DNA from: Candidatus Latescibacterota bacterium
GTDB lineage: Bacteria; Latescibacterota; UBA2968; UBA8231
Reading direction: 5' to 3'
Assembly (NCBI GenBank): GCA_965204725.1
Contig: OZ242005.1
Span: forward strand, 1,376,001 to 1,440,000
Length of the DNA stretch: 64,000 nt
Below the pieces are notes generated by a model. It was not told where the DNA came from, made no database searches, and saw only the letters and a list, made by a program, of their open reading frames with translations. This document shows positions 54,240-63,832 of this stretch, piece after piece. Both the position numbers and the translations under genes were made by a program. Within the stretch, counting starts at the first letter, position 1, and each line of letters opens with the position of its first letter.

Positions 54240-55272
54240 CTATGAAATCCCCTGCCTGCCATTCCGTTTGCTCGTCCCTCGTCCTTTCGTAGTAGCTCTT
54301 TAGCTGTTCTGCTTGCTGGGCCAAAATTTGGCGACGCTCCTCAAGTGAGAGCTGCATAAAATCCACTTGCGATAGCGTTTCTTGGTCTTTGTCGCCGCGA
54401 TCTTGCGAAAGGCGATCGCTTGAGTCCCCTTTGAGGCTATCCATAACGCGAGCGATTTCCCTTGGACAATAACTGTCTATCAATGGTTTTGTGTCGCCGA
54501 ACATCCACTGACGAAAGTCAGACATTTCTTTTTTATCTTTAGAGGCAATCGCATCCGCGAATGCCAACGAAATCAAGTAGTCTAAGTCGTGTTTTGTGTT
54601 CATCAAGTTTTCCGTAGATGCTTCGTGTATATTTCTACCTCGATACTGACTGTAGCAGTACATGACAAGGAACGATTTGCTAAGATGCCATATAGCCCAA
54701 GTTTCATCTACGTCATTAACGTTTATTATGGAGCAAATTCTACTTGGATCGTTGACGAAGTCGTAGAAAAATTGTACGACTTCTTTATCACAGATTTGTT
54801 TTCCTCGAATCTTTTCTTTTTCTTTCTCAGTAAATAGTTCTATATCTGTGAGATCCTTAAACGTTTCAATTATACGATAGTCTTCTCTGTTTCGCTTAGC
54901 TTGATCAATTATCTTTTTTGAATCGGAAGGTTTCCACTGTGGATCATTTGCTAGCATTTTTTTCAGGCATTCGGTCGTTTTATCATCTAAAGGATCGCCA
55001 CACGGACATTTCTTAGTAAGCTCGAATCTCCACATCTCGGATACATGTTTCCAGACCTCGATATAATCCCGGTGCTCCGCCAACTTGACCTTTGATTCGG
55101 ACCATTTGCGGGAATCATCAGTGCTGCTAAAAAGCTCGTAAGTTAAAGTGTCGATTAGCACGATACGACCGCCTTGTTCACGCATGGTACGCAATGGCGC
55201 ACCATCTCTGCTCATGCCGCGAATGTAGCTGGCATCAATGATAATGCGTGGATTTTTCGCTTGTTCGTTCAT
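54229..55272 (-). CDS. PIN-like domain fused to a C-terminal antitoxin-like segment
   Basis: IIIDASYI, VLIDTLTYEL, NTKHDLDY..ADAIASKD; tail FMQLSLEERRQILAQQAE..YYE..EWQAGDF overlaps mazF start; AT-rich. Confidence 0.65.
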   Translation of the reverse strand: MNEQAKNPRIIIDASYIRGMSRDGAPLRTMREQGGRIVLIDTLTYELFSSTDDSRKWSESKVKLAEHRDYIEVWKHVSEMWRFELTKKCPCGDPLDDKTTECLKKMLANDPQWKPSDSKKIIDQAKRNREDYRIIETFKDLTDIELFTEKEKEKIRGKQICDKEVVQFFYDFVNDPSRICSIINVNDVDETWAIWHLSKSFLVMYCYSQYRGRNIHEASTENLMNTKHDLDYLISLAFADAIASKDKKEMSDFRQWMFGDTKPLIDSYCPREIARVMDSLKGDSSDRLSQDRGDKDQETLSQVDFMQLSLEERRQILAQQAEQLKSYYERTRDEQTEWQAGDFIDVH

Positions 55273-55499
55273 TTTCTTCCTTTCAGAATCAGTTGATCCA
55301 ATGGGTTGGGTTTAATCGATAAGGATAAATGATCAGCAGGACCTCTCAATAAGTACCTGATACGCAAGCCTACCGGACTGTCCCGGCCCCCATTGGTCAA
55401 AAGGCACTGTATTCATTAGCTTTTCCTCTGCGATTAAACGGATTGACGAGTAAAAAATGTATGCTAAATGAAGCTAAAAAACAACGTCAAGAGCCTCTT

Positions 55500-58400
55500 A
55501 TGAAGCTGGACATTCAGGACAAATTTCTACAGCGCGATGGCCGGGTCTTTCTCACGGGCGTGGAGGCGATTGTGCGCCTCGTGCGCGAAAAGCAGGAGCG
55601 CGACCAAGCCACCGGCCACGTCAACCAGACCTATTTCACCGGCTATGAGGGGTCGCCGCTGGGAGGGCTAGACCTGAAGCTGGTCGCTCAGTTCGACGCG
55701 CTCAACGAGCTGGGGCGCACAGTGCATCAGTTCGGCATCAACGAGAAAACCGCGGCCTCGGCCGTATTGGGCAGCCAGTTTGCGGCGAGCGGGGACGTGG
55801 ATGCCTTTTGGTATGGCAAAGCACACGGCACGATGTGGATTCCCGACGAAGTGTGGTTGGCCAACCTCAGCGGCACCAGTGCCCGCGGCGCGATGGTCCT
55901 GCTATCGGGAGAAGATCACCGCTCCAAAAGCTCGGTCTCACCTGGGGCCAGCGATTGGGTGTTGCGCAGCAGCATGGTGCCGATTTTCTATCCGGCCAGC
56001 ATTGAGGACGTCATTCGCTTAGGGCTGCACGCGGTTGCTTTGTCGCGTCACGCCGGCGTGGTAACCGCGCTCAAGCTAGCGACGCCGGTGTGCGATGGCG
56101 CGAGCACGGTGGACTTGGAGCGCGTGCGGCCAGACATCGCATTGCCCGAGCGCGCGTTTGCCAAGCGGTTCAACCAGATCGTCATGGCTACGGGCGCGTT
56201 GCCCATGCAGCAGCAACTCGTGGAGGAAAAGTGGCCGCTGGTGGAAGCCTATATCCGCGCCAACGACCTCAACCGCATCGTGGATGCGGACGCCGGCGGC
56301 GGAGTCGGCATTGTGGCCGTGGGCAAGAGCTACGCGGATGTCCGGCAGGCCCTTTCCTACTTGGGGTTGCGTGTGCCGGTGTTGCACCTCGCGGTGAGCT
56401 ACCCGCTCGACGGCGAAATCGTGCGCACCTTCGCCCAAGATCTACGGCGCATCTACGTGGTTGAGGAGCCTGGCCCGTTTGTCGAAGAGGGCGTCAAAGC
56501 CGCGCTGTGGGGCGCGGGTGTGGAGGCGGTGTACGGCCAGTGGGACGAGGACGGGCAGCCGCTGATTCCGGCGCACGGCGAGGTCGATCCAGAGGAATTG
56601 GCACTCAAGCTCGGGCCTCGTCTGTCGGCGGATCCCGAGCGTCACGCCGCGCTGCAGCGCGTACTCGACCGCACCTATCCAGCCGTGCCCCGCGTCACGC
56701 CCATGTCCTGCGGCGGCTGTCCGTACAACAGCTTCCGCGACTTGCGCGAAAAGCCCGGGGGAGCCATTGGCTGCTCCTCCATCCGGGCGATTGAATCCTA
56801 CGACTCCGGCGTTCTCTACATCCCCACGATGGGGGCGGGCGGTGCCATTTACAGCGGATGGGCCCCCTTCAACGGCAACCAGCACATCTATCAATACTTG
56901 GGCGACGGGAGCTACTTCCACAGCGGCCGCGGCGCGATCCAAAGCTGCGTTCAAGGCGAGGTGAACATCACCTTCCTGCTGCTTTTTAATGGGGCGGTCG
57001 CGCTCACCGGCGGGCAGACGCCCGGCGGGCAGCGGCCGGTGTCGGATGTCGTACAGGAGCTATTGGGGTTGGGGGTCGTGAAGGTGGGAATCGTCAGCGA
57101 GGACCCGGGGCGCTACCGCCACTTGGATGGGGAGCGGATTGAGGTGTTCGGCTTGGAGCGCCACGCCCAAGCCCTAGCGCAGTTTAAGGCAATCGCCGGG
57201 ACGACCGTGCTCATTCTCGACAAGGAATGCGCTACCGAGAAGGGCCGGCGTCGCCGCCGCGCGGGGTTGACGCCCGACGAATACGTGCTCATTGACGAGG
57301 CCATTTGCGAGGGCTGCGGCGACTGTTATGCCCAGTCCGAAGGGTGCGCCGCGCTCTACAGCGTGGCGACTGAGTTTGGCGACAAGACTCAGGTGCGGCA
57401 GGCCCAGTGCGCCCAAGACGGGCTGTGCATTGACGGCGAGTGCCCGTCCTTTGCCGTGGTCAAGCCAGCTAAGGGCACGCGCTTGCGCCGCCGGCGGCCG
57501 GAGCCTTTGGGCGAGCTGCCCGAGCCGCCCGTGTGCCCGCTGGACCGGCCGTACGCGATCTTCGCCATGGGGCGAGGCGGAACGGGGGTGGTGACGATTT
57601 CTCATCTCATTGCGTACGCGGCCATGATGGAGGGCCAGTACGTGTATTTGTCCAACAATACTGGCTTGGCGCAAAAGGGCGGGCCGGTCGAAGCACCGAT
57701 TGTGATAAGTGCCGCCGAGCAGCCCGTGTTCAACCGCCTCTTTCCCGGGGAGGTCGATCTGTACTTGGGGTTTGACTTGCTGCGGGCGGCCGAGCCGGAC
57801 AACCTCAAATACGCCGCGACCCAGCGCACCCGCGCCTTGGTCAGCACCGCTGAAATCGCCAATGCGGCCATGAATCGCAACCCGCGCACCCAACCCTTTC
57901 CCGACGCGGCCCAACTGCGCGCCCTGATCGACCGCTGCACGAGCAAGGACAACATCTACCTCGATACCTACTGGCTGGCCGAGCGGCTTTTCTCGGATAC
58001 AATTTTCGCCAACATGCTCCTGTTGGGGGCTGCGTATCAGGCCGGGGGGTTGCCCTTACAGGCGGCCTCCATTGAGCAGGCCATCGCCCTAAACGCGCAG
58101 GCTGTGGAAAACAACGTGCAGGCTTTTCGCTGGGGGCGGTTGGCCGTGGCCGATCCGGCGCGCGTGGAGCGGGCGTTGGGTGCTCAGCAAGGGTCCGCAG
58201 TGCAAGAGTTGGCCGCAGTGCGGGAGCGGCTGGCGCGGGATGTGGCCGCTCGGGCGCTGCTTGACGAGGGGTTGGCGGCGTTGGCGGGTTTGAATGCGGA
58301 GGGGCAGCAGGAGCTGGGGGTGCGGCTGGCCGAGCTGTGCGCGTATCAGGACGTCGCGTATGCCGAGGGCTACTTGCGGTTTGTGCGCCAAGTGTGGGAA

Positions 58401-58922
58401 GCCGATCGGGGCCTGTCGCACGGCTTGCAGCTCACGCGGGCCGTGGTGCGCGGCCTGTACAAGCTGATGGCGTATAAGGACGAATACGAGGTCGCGCGGT
58501 TGGCGACGCGCAACGGCAGCGAAGAGCGAATGCGCGCCCTGTTCGACGGGGAGGTGGAAGTCGTCCGGCAACTGCATCCGCCCACGCTGCGGCGTTTGCT
58601 CAAGGGCAAGATCGGCTTCGGCAAGGGCCTGCGTCCGGTGCTGGTGCTGCTGAGCCGGCTCAAGGGGTTGCGCGCTACGCGCTTGGACCCGTTCGGGTAC
58701 ACGGCGACCCGTCGCTTGGAACGCGCCTTGGTGGGTTGGTACTGCGGGTTGATTGAAGAGGTCTTACCGGCATTGGCCGAAGAAGGCTATGGGCTGGCCG
58801 TGGAAATCGCCGAATTGCCGGATGGCATTCGCGGGTACGAGCAGGTAAAAGAGGCGTCGGCGGCCCAAGCCAAGCAGCGAGCCGAGCGCTTGTTGACAAA
58901 GTTGCGTGCCCAACGCGCTTAG
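55500..58922 (+). CDS. Fused indolepyruvate:ferredoxin oxidoreductase family protein
   Basis: GYEGSPLGG, INE, WYGK, CGGCP, GDGSY.HSG, CEGCGDC, C..GECPSF, GLAQKGG, YKLMAYKDEYEVAR, IRGY..VK. Confidence 0.92.
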   Translation: MKLDIQDKFLQRDGRVFLTGVEAIVRLVREKQERDQATGHVNQTYFTGYEGSPLGGLDLKLVAQFDALNELGRTVHQFGINEKTAASAVLGSQFAASGDVDAFWYGKAHGTMWIPDEVWLANLSGTSARGAMVLLSGEDHRSKSSVSPGASDWVLRSSMVPIFYPASIEDVIRLGLHAVALSRHAGVVTALKLATPVCDGASTVDLERVRPDIALPERAFAKRFNQIVMATGALPMQQQLVEEKWPLVEAYIRANDLNRIVDADAGGGVGIVAVGKSYADVRQALSYLGLRVPVLHLAVSYPLDGEIVRTFAQDLRRIYVVEEPGPFVEEGVKAALWGAGVEAVYGQWDEDGQPLIPAHGEVDPEELALKLGPRLSADPERHAALQRVLDRTYPAVPRVTPMSCGGCPYNSFRDLREKPGGAIGCSSIRAIESYDSGVLYIPTMGAGGAIYSGWAPFNGNQHIYQYLGDGSYFHSGRGAIQSCVQGEVNITFLLLFNGAVALTGGQTPGGQRPVSDVVQELLGLGVVKVGIVSEDPGRYRHLDGERIEVFGLERHAQALAQFKAIAGTTVLILDKECATEKGRRRRRAGLTPDEYVLIDEAICEGCGDCYAQSEGCAALYSVATEFGDKTQVRQAQCAQDGLCIDGECPSFAVVKPAKGTRLRRRRPEPLGELPEPPVCPLDRPYAIFAMGRGGTGVVTISHLIAYAAMMEGQYVYLSNNTGLAQKGGPVEAPIVISAAEQPVFNRLFPGEVDLYLGFDLLRAAEPDNLKYAATQRTRALVSTAEIANAAMNRNPRTQPFPDAAQLRALIDRCTSKDNIYLDTYWLAERLFSDTIFANMLLLGAAYQAGGLPLQAASIEQAIALNAQAVENNVQAFRWGRLAVADPARVERALGAQQGSAVQELAAVRERLARDVAARALLDEGLAALAGLNAEGQQELGVRLAELCAYQDVAYAEGYLRFVRQVWEADRGLSHGLQLTRAVVRGLYKLMAYKDEYEVARLATRNGSEERMRALFDGEVEVVRQLHPPTLRRLLKGKIGFGKGLRPVLVLLSRLKGLRATRLDPFGYTATRRLERALVGWYCGLIEEVLPALAEEGYGLAVEIAELPDGIRGYEQVKEASAAQAKQRAERLLTKLRAQRA

Positions 58923-58968
58923 AAAGAAGAGAGGGTCAGCCGGGCTCGACGGGTTTGGCCACCCCGGC

Positions 58969-59661
58969 TTACGTGCCTTCTTCGGGTTCAATTACCTCAA
59001 TACCCGACTGACGCAGGGCTTGCGCCCGATAGCTATAGATACTCGCCGTAGCGAGAATGACCCGCGCCGGGGCTATCCCGGTCGCCTCGGTGTATAGCTG
59101 ACGCTTGCGCTCCAGACGCTCTTGGATCGTGGCCCCCACACTGGCGGCGATTTCGACGAGAATATGCTGGTGATCGACAATGACCACGTCAAATTGTTCG
59201 CCCTCCAGTTCGCGCTCCTCGACCGTGGCCCCAAAGGATTCCTCTAACAGGGCCGCCATGGTGCGCCGGAAGACGCTTTCGTTGCGGATGCCCCAACGCG
59301 CCCCCAGCCGATCAATGGCGCGAAAGACTTCATCAAACCGCTGCTCCATCCCCTCGAACCGCTGCTCCATCCCCTCGAACCGCTGATTCACCTCCTCAAA
59401 CCGCTGCTCCACCGCGTCGCGAAACGCATCTATACGTGCATCTATTTGCTCAAAGCGTCGATCTACTTGCTCAAAGCGTTGGTCCATCTCGGCCCGCAAT
59501 TCCTGCAACTCCTGCAGCACCATGGCGACCTCTTCGCGGCGGGCAAACGCCCCCAAGAAGCCTTGGTAAATCAGCGGCTCGAGGTCGGGGCGGCGGTCCA
59601 GCAGGTCGGGTAGTTGCCGGTTGAACAGATCAATCAGTTCTTCATCGCTAAAGGTTTTCAT
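58969..59661 (-). CDS. Heptad-repeat coiled coil + PD-(D/E)XK-like nuclease domain (DUF3782-like)
   Basis: (EQRFEGM)-like repeats, LGARWG..E..FR, QFDVVI..LVEI, RLERK..LY. Confidence 0.8.
   Translation of the reverse strand: MKTFSDEELIDLFNRQLPDLLDRRPDLEPLIYQGFLGAFARREEVAMVLQELQELRAEMDQRFEQVDRRFEQIDARIDAFRDAVEQRFEEVNQRFEGMEQRFEGMEQRFDEVFRAIDRLGARWGIRNESVFRRTMAALLEESFGATVEERELEGEQFDVVIVDHQHILVEIAASVGATIQERLERKRQLYTEATGIAPARVILATASIYSYRAQALRQSGIEVIEPEEGT
59336..59482. repeat. 21-bp in-frame tandem repeats encoding heptads
   Basis: aaccgctgctccatcccctcg exact at 59336 and 59357; degenerate units continue to about 59482. Confidence 0.85.
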
Positions 59662-59844
59662 CGCTCTCGCGCCTTTTTTAAGCCCAAATCAGTTGAGGGG
59701 ATGTCGCAATCCCCTAGGTCCGAGATTCGCAAGGCTGCAAGATCTTGTCAAGAGTTGCGCTTGGGTTCGGCCTCGCGGGTGCGAGCAGGTGGCGAGCAAG
59801 CGGGCCGAGTGCTTGTTGACAAGCTGCGGTTCCGAGCTATCTGC

Positions 59845-60681
59845 TTAAAAATTGAGCAAAACCGGCTGGCGCGTCCTCAGTGCTTGCCGCAGACCGCCGA
59901 GCAGGGCTTGGCTGCGGTCGTCTGAGTGCTCGCTCGGGGGATTCTCTTGCTCGCAAAAGTCGCGCAACCACGCGAGTTCGTCCGGGGGGGCTGTGGCGTC
60001 GGGCACGACGTGGGTTCCCTTGGGGCTGGCTAGCGTAATCCCGCTGTGCGCAGCACTGGCTGCGATTACGCCGCCTTGGCCCAGCAAGGTCAGTTCGGCG
60101 AGCGCAGGCTGAGGAGCGACGACTAGCTGGAGTGCCGCGCCGCTGGGCGTGGTGCCCGTCAGCACTACTTGGTAGGCGCGGCCATGGCGGTTGGCACAAA
60201 GATGTACTTGGGCAGGAGTCGCGCTCAGCAGGTCGCTGGCAAAGGCGAGCTGACGACAAGCGGCCCACCAAGCCGGCAGCAATCCCGGCTCTTGGACGCC
60301 GGCCACGAGGCGCAAATAGACCGGCTCGGCAAACAAAGGATCGCGTCGCTGCTGCAGTGCCTTGGCAAACAGGGGCGACCCGCGATGGACGCCGCCGCTG
60401 GCAATGGGCCGATCGGCCTTGGGCACTGGCCCGGCGCAGAGGACGGCGATGTCGGCTTGGAGGCAGGTGCGGACATCGTTGTGGAGGTCGGCATAGGGCG
60501 AGAGGAAAGCGCAGACCCGGGGGTTGGTCGCTTGGAGTAGGGTCGGCAAGTCGCTAAAAAAAGGCAGGGCGGTGCTGGTTTGCCGCCGCACTGGATAGTA
60601 CAGGCTCTCGACTGGCAGGACGGCGGCGAGTTGGCCGACGAGGGGGTCGAGGGCGGGATGGGCACTGAGGGCGATGGTCAT
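59845..60681 (-). CDS. Degenerate Gfo/Idh/MocA-like protein
   Basis: FSDL..LL, CL..D.AVLCAGP in place of HVL.EKP; ATGA overlap with upstream Gfo gene. Confidence 0.55.
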   Translation of the reverse strand: MTIALSAHPALDPLVGQLAAVLPVESLYYPVRRQTSTALPFFSDLPTLLQATNPRVCAFLSPYADLHNDVRTCLQADIAVLCAGPVPKADRPIASGGVHRGSPLFAKALQQRRDPLFAEPVYLRLVAGVQEPGLLPAWWAACRQLAFASDLLSATPAQVHLCANRHGRAYQVVLTGTTPSGAALQLVVAPQPALAELTLLGQGGVIAASAAHSGITLASPKGTHVVPDATAPPDELAWLRDFCEQENPPSEHSDDRSQALLGGLRQALRTRQPVLLNF

Positions 60682-61814
60682 AGCTCTTGCTCCAGCGGCA
60701 GGTTAATGGCCGCGTTGCACTCGATGGCGCGGTAGCCAGCGAGGATGATTTCCATCAAATCCCGCGCTTGGCGCACGCCGTAGCGCGGCGGGCGGTCGGC
60801 GTCGATAGCGGCGATCAAATCGTCGAGCCCGGCGGCTAGGCCGGCTACGTCCTCGGATAGGGCGGCCGTTGGGACGGGCGGCCCGCCGTGCCACTGCATG
60901 GGATCTTGGGGAGCGGGCCGATAGTCGTAGCCGGTGCTATAGGCGCGCAGATAGGCGTCTAGTGCCGGCCTTTTGCCGTCGATGGTGGCGCTCTGGCGGG
61001 TGCCGATTAGGTACGCCCGCGCCGGTCCGCCTTGGGGATGGGAGGCCGTGCCAATGCGCCCGCCGCTCAAGGTGGCCACGCGCCCGGCGGCATCGGTCAT
61101 AGTCAGAGTGCCAAAGTCGTCGCAGCCATGGGCGGCATGTTCGGGGAAGAAGAAGGCTCCGGCGTGGCCGACGACGTGGCGGATTGGGCCGAGGCATTCT
61201 TGGATTAGGCCGACAGCATACGCTCCCACCGTGAGCAACTCTCTTTTGATGTCTGGGTATTTCCACCGGCCGTTGGGGGTGACAAAGGCGCGGCGTTGGG
61301 TTATGGGGCGCGGCCAGCCCTTGCCGAACATCACATCGACGTGGACGCCGAGCAGGGTGCCCAAGTCGCTGCTCGCGAGGACTTGGCGGGTGTGCTGGGC
61401 GAGGGTGCCGTAGGCGTAACCGGGGATAATCGCCCGGACGCCGGTGCGCTCGACCGCGGCGGCAGACGCCTCGGACTCGGCGAGGGTGGCCCCGGGGAAC
61501 TTGTCGATCCACAAGTGCTTGCCGGCCTCGGCGGCGCGGATGATGAGTGCGGACCGCCGCTCGATCTCGCAGCCGACGCTGACGATGTGGACGGCCGGGT
61601 CGTTGATGGACTCGTTGAGCCGCTCTGAGTACGGTACGTCGAGTTGGCTCGCCCATTGCTGGTTGTAGCGGCGCAAGTCTGGGTCGAGGTCGGGGTAATC
61701 GGTGACGCCGATGATGCGCAGGCGGGGATGGGCCTGATACAGGGGGACGAAGTGCTGCTGGTGGCTGTGTTTGCTAAAGCTGACCAGTAGGATGCCGTAC
61801 CTCTCAGCGGACAT
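60678..61814 (-). CDS. Gfo/Idh/MocA-family oxidoreductase (atypical motifs)
   Basis: DPAVHIVSV, AAEAGKHLWIDK, LG.L, ELLTVG.Y; GAGG RBS. Confidence 0.8.
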   Translation of the reverse strand: MSAERYGILLVSFSKHSHQQHFVPLYQAHPRLRIIGVTDYPDLDPDLRRYNQQWASQLDVPYSERLNESINDPAVHIVSVGCEIERRSALIIRAAEAGKHLWIDKFPGATLAESEASAAAVERTGVRAIIPGYAYGTLAQHTRQVLASSDLGTLLGVHVDVMFGKGWPRPITQRRAFVTPNGRWKYPDIKRELLTVGAYAVGLIQECLGPIRHVVGHAGAFFFPEHAAHGCDDFGTLTMTDAAGRVATLSGGRIGTASHPQGGPARAYLIGTRQSATIDGKRPALDAYLRAYSTGYDYRPAPQDPMQWHGGPPVPTAALSEDVAGLAAGLDDLIAAIDADRPPRYGVRQARDLMEIILAGYRAIECNAAINLPLEQEL

Positions 61815-61924
61815 GATTTCCTCGTTGTCTCTTGGGGCCTAGGCGTGGTAATGCAGACGGACATAGTATAACAGCCCGGCGGATGATCGCCAAAAGAGCG
61901 GCTTAGGGGGTTCGGCTTGTTCAC

Positions 61925-61954
61925 TTGACAGCAATCGTCCTCCGCGCCTATTCT
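61925..61954 (+). promoter_or_regulatory. Putative sigma70 promoter
   Basis: TTGACA-18 bp-TATTCT upstream of AAGGAGG RBS. Confidence 0.55.
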
Positions 61955-61978
61955 AGCGTTCCACACAAGGAGGAAATA

Positions 61979-62995
61979 ATGGTCCACATCGGCATTGTTG
62001 GAATCGGCTTTATGGGCATGACCCACTACAAGGCGATGGCCCAAGTTAAAGGGGGCCAAGTCGCGGCCTTGGTCTCTGGCGACCCCAAAAAGCGCGCTGG
62101 GGATTGGCGCGATATTCAGGGCAATTTTGGCGACAGCGGCGGGGTGCAGGACTTGTCGGGAGTGCGGTGCTACGAAACGTTGGACGAGCTGCTCGCCGAT
62201 GGAGAAATCGACTTGGTGGATATCTGCCTGCCGACCGCGATGCACGTCGAGACCAGCATCCTCGCCCTCGCCGCGGGCAAGCACGTGCTGCTGGAAAAAC
62301 CCATTGCCGTAGCCTTGGACGACGCCGACCGAATTGTGGCCGCGGCCCAACAACACCAGCGGCAGTTTATGGTGGCCCACGTCCTGCGGTACTTTCCAGA
62401 ATTCCGGCTCATCAAACAGCTCGTCGCCGACGCCGAGCACGGCCCGGTGCTCGCCGCCCACTTCAAGCGGATCATCTCGCGCCCGGCGTGGTGGGCACCC
62501 GCCGACTTGCAGCGGACCGGCGGCCCCGCGATCGACCTCCACATCCACGACGCGGACTTCGTGCAGTTTTTGTTCGGGATGCCCACTGCGGTCAGTGCGC
62601 AAGGGTACGTCGGTCGCGGCGGGACGGTCGAGTACATCAACACGCACTACCAATACGACGGCCCCATGGCGATCAGCGCCGAAGGCGGCTGGTTGGCGCA
62701 ATCGGGCTGTCCCTTTGAGCACGGCTATGACGTGTACTTTGAGGAGGCCACGCTCAAGTACAACTCGTCTTGGGGCCAGCCGCCGCAACTATTGACCAAG
62801 GACGGCGAGGTCAGTACGCCGCCTCTGCCGGGCGAGGACGGCTTCGTCGGCGAGCTGCAGGAAGCGGTGGATGCGATCGCGCACGGCAGGGCCTCGCAGG
62901 AACTGAGCGGTCAGAGTGCGCGGAACTCCCTGCTGTTGTGCCTGAAGGAGATCGAGTCGGTTGAGCAGGGGCAGAAGGTGGCGATAGAGCTTTAG
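61979..62995 (+). CDS. Gfo/Idh/MocA-family oxidoreductase
   Basis: GIGFMG, DICLPT..H, GKHVLLEKP, GG..DLHIHD.D. Confidence 0.93.
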   Translation: MVHIGIVGIGFMGMTHYKAMAQVKGGQVAALVSGDPKKRAGDWRDIQGNFGDSGGVQDLSGVRCYETLDELLADGEIDLVDICLPTAMHVETSILALAAGKHVLLEKPIAVALDDADRIVAAAQQHQRQFMVAHVLRYFPEFRLIKQLVADAEHGPVLAAHFKRIISRPAWWAPADLQRTGGPAIDLHIHDADFVQFLFGMPTAVSAQGYVGRGGTVEYINTHYQYDGPMAISAEGGWLAQSGCPFEHGYDVYFEEATLKYNSSWGQPPQLLTKDGEVSTPPLPGEDGFVGELQEAVDAIAHGRASQELSGQSARNSLLLCLKEIESVEQGQKVAIEL

Positions 62996-63016
62996 ATCGC
63001 CGCCGGGCTAATGCCC

Positions 63017-63832
63017 TTAGAGGACACCGGATTCGACGTAATACAGGGCATAGGCGAGACCGATGCCCACGAGGAGCGCTGCGGTGAGCTTGCCGCGATC
63101 GTGGCTGTGGAAATGGATCTCCGGCAGTAGGTCGCTCAAGGCAATGCACAGGAACGCGCCGGCCGCAAAGGCCAGCGCGTAGCCAACCATGGCCCCTTTT
63201 TCCGGGCCGAGCAATCCCACCCCCCAGAAACTCGCCAGTACCATCACAGGGCACAGCAGGGCAAACCCGACATTGGCCGCCGTGCAGGCGCGCTGGCTGT
63301 GACCGGCGGACTGCATCATGCTGATAATGAAGTACGCATCGAGCGGCTTGTGCAGCAGAATGGCGAGGAACACCCCCAGCCCGGCCAATGCGCTGTCGCT
63401 GTCGTTATGCACACTGGCGCCGAGGGCGATCCCTTCGGTCGCGGTATGTATCCCTAGGCCGAGGGCAATGCCCAACAAGCTCTGCGAATGGACCCCACCG
63501 GGGCCGCGTCGATCGTACAGATCGCTCGCCTCACTGCTCAAGTCGTGCTGATGAAAGTGGAAGATACGCAGCAAAAAAATCATCAGGACCATGCCGAACA
63601 CCATCCACCCCACAGCTTTTTCTACCCGGTCAGGCCCGGAAATGCGCTCAATGCTGTGGGGTAGCAGGTGATACATGGCGATGCCGAGGATGAAGCCGGC
63701 CACGAGACTCATCACGATCTGGGAGCGCGTATGCGTCATGGTGCCCAAAGCCGACAGTTTCCCGCCGAGCAAGGAGGCGGCAAAGATGGCGGCTGAGTAG
63801 GCCGATAAAATTAGTAGATAGTTTGAGTCCAT
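63017..63832 (-). CDS. ZIP-family divalent metal transporter
   Basis: HLLPH, His-rich HFHQH loop, IHTATEGIALG, ILLHKPLD, LLPEIHFH. Confidence 0.9.
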   Translation of the reverse strand: MDSNYLLILSAYSAAIFAASLLGGKLSALGTMTHTRSQIVMSLVAGFILGIAMYHLLPHSIERISGPDRVEKAVGWMVFGMVLMIFLLRIFHFHQHDLSSEASDLYDRRGPGGVHSQSLLGIALGLGIHTATEGIALGASVHNDSDSALAGLGVFLAILLHKPLDAYFIISMMQSAGHSQRACTAANVGFALLCPVMVLASFWGVGLLGPEKGAMVGYALAFAAGAFLCIALSDLLPEIHFHSHDRGKLTAALLVGIGLAYALYYVESGVL

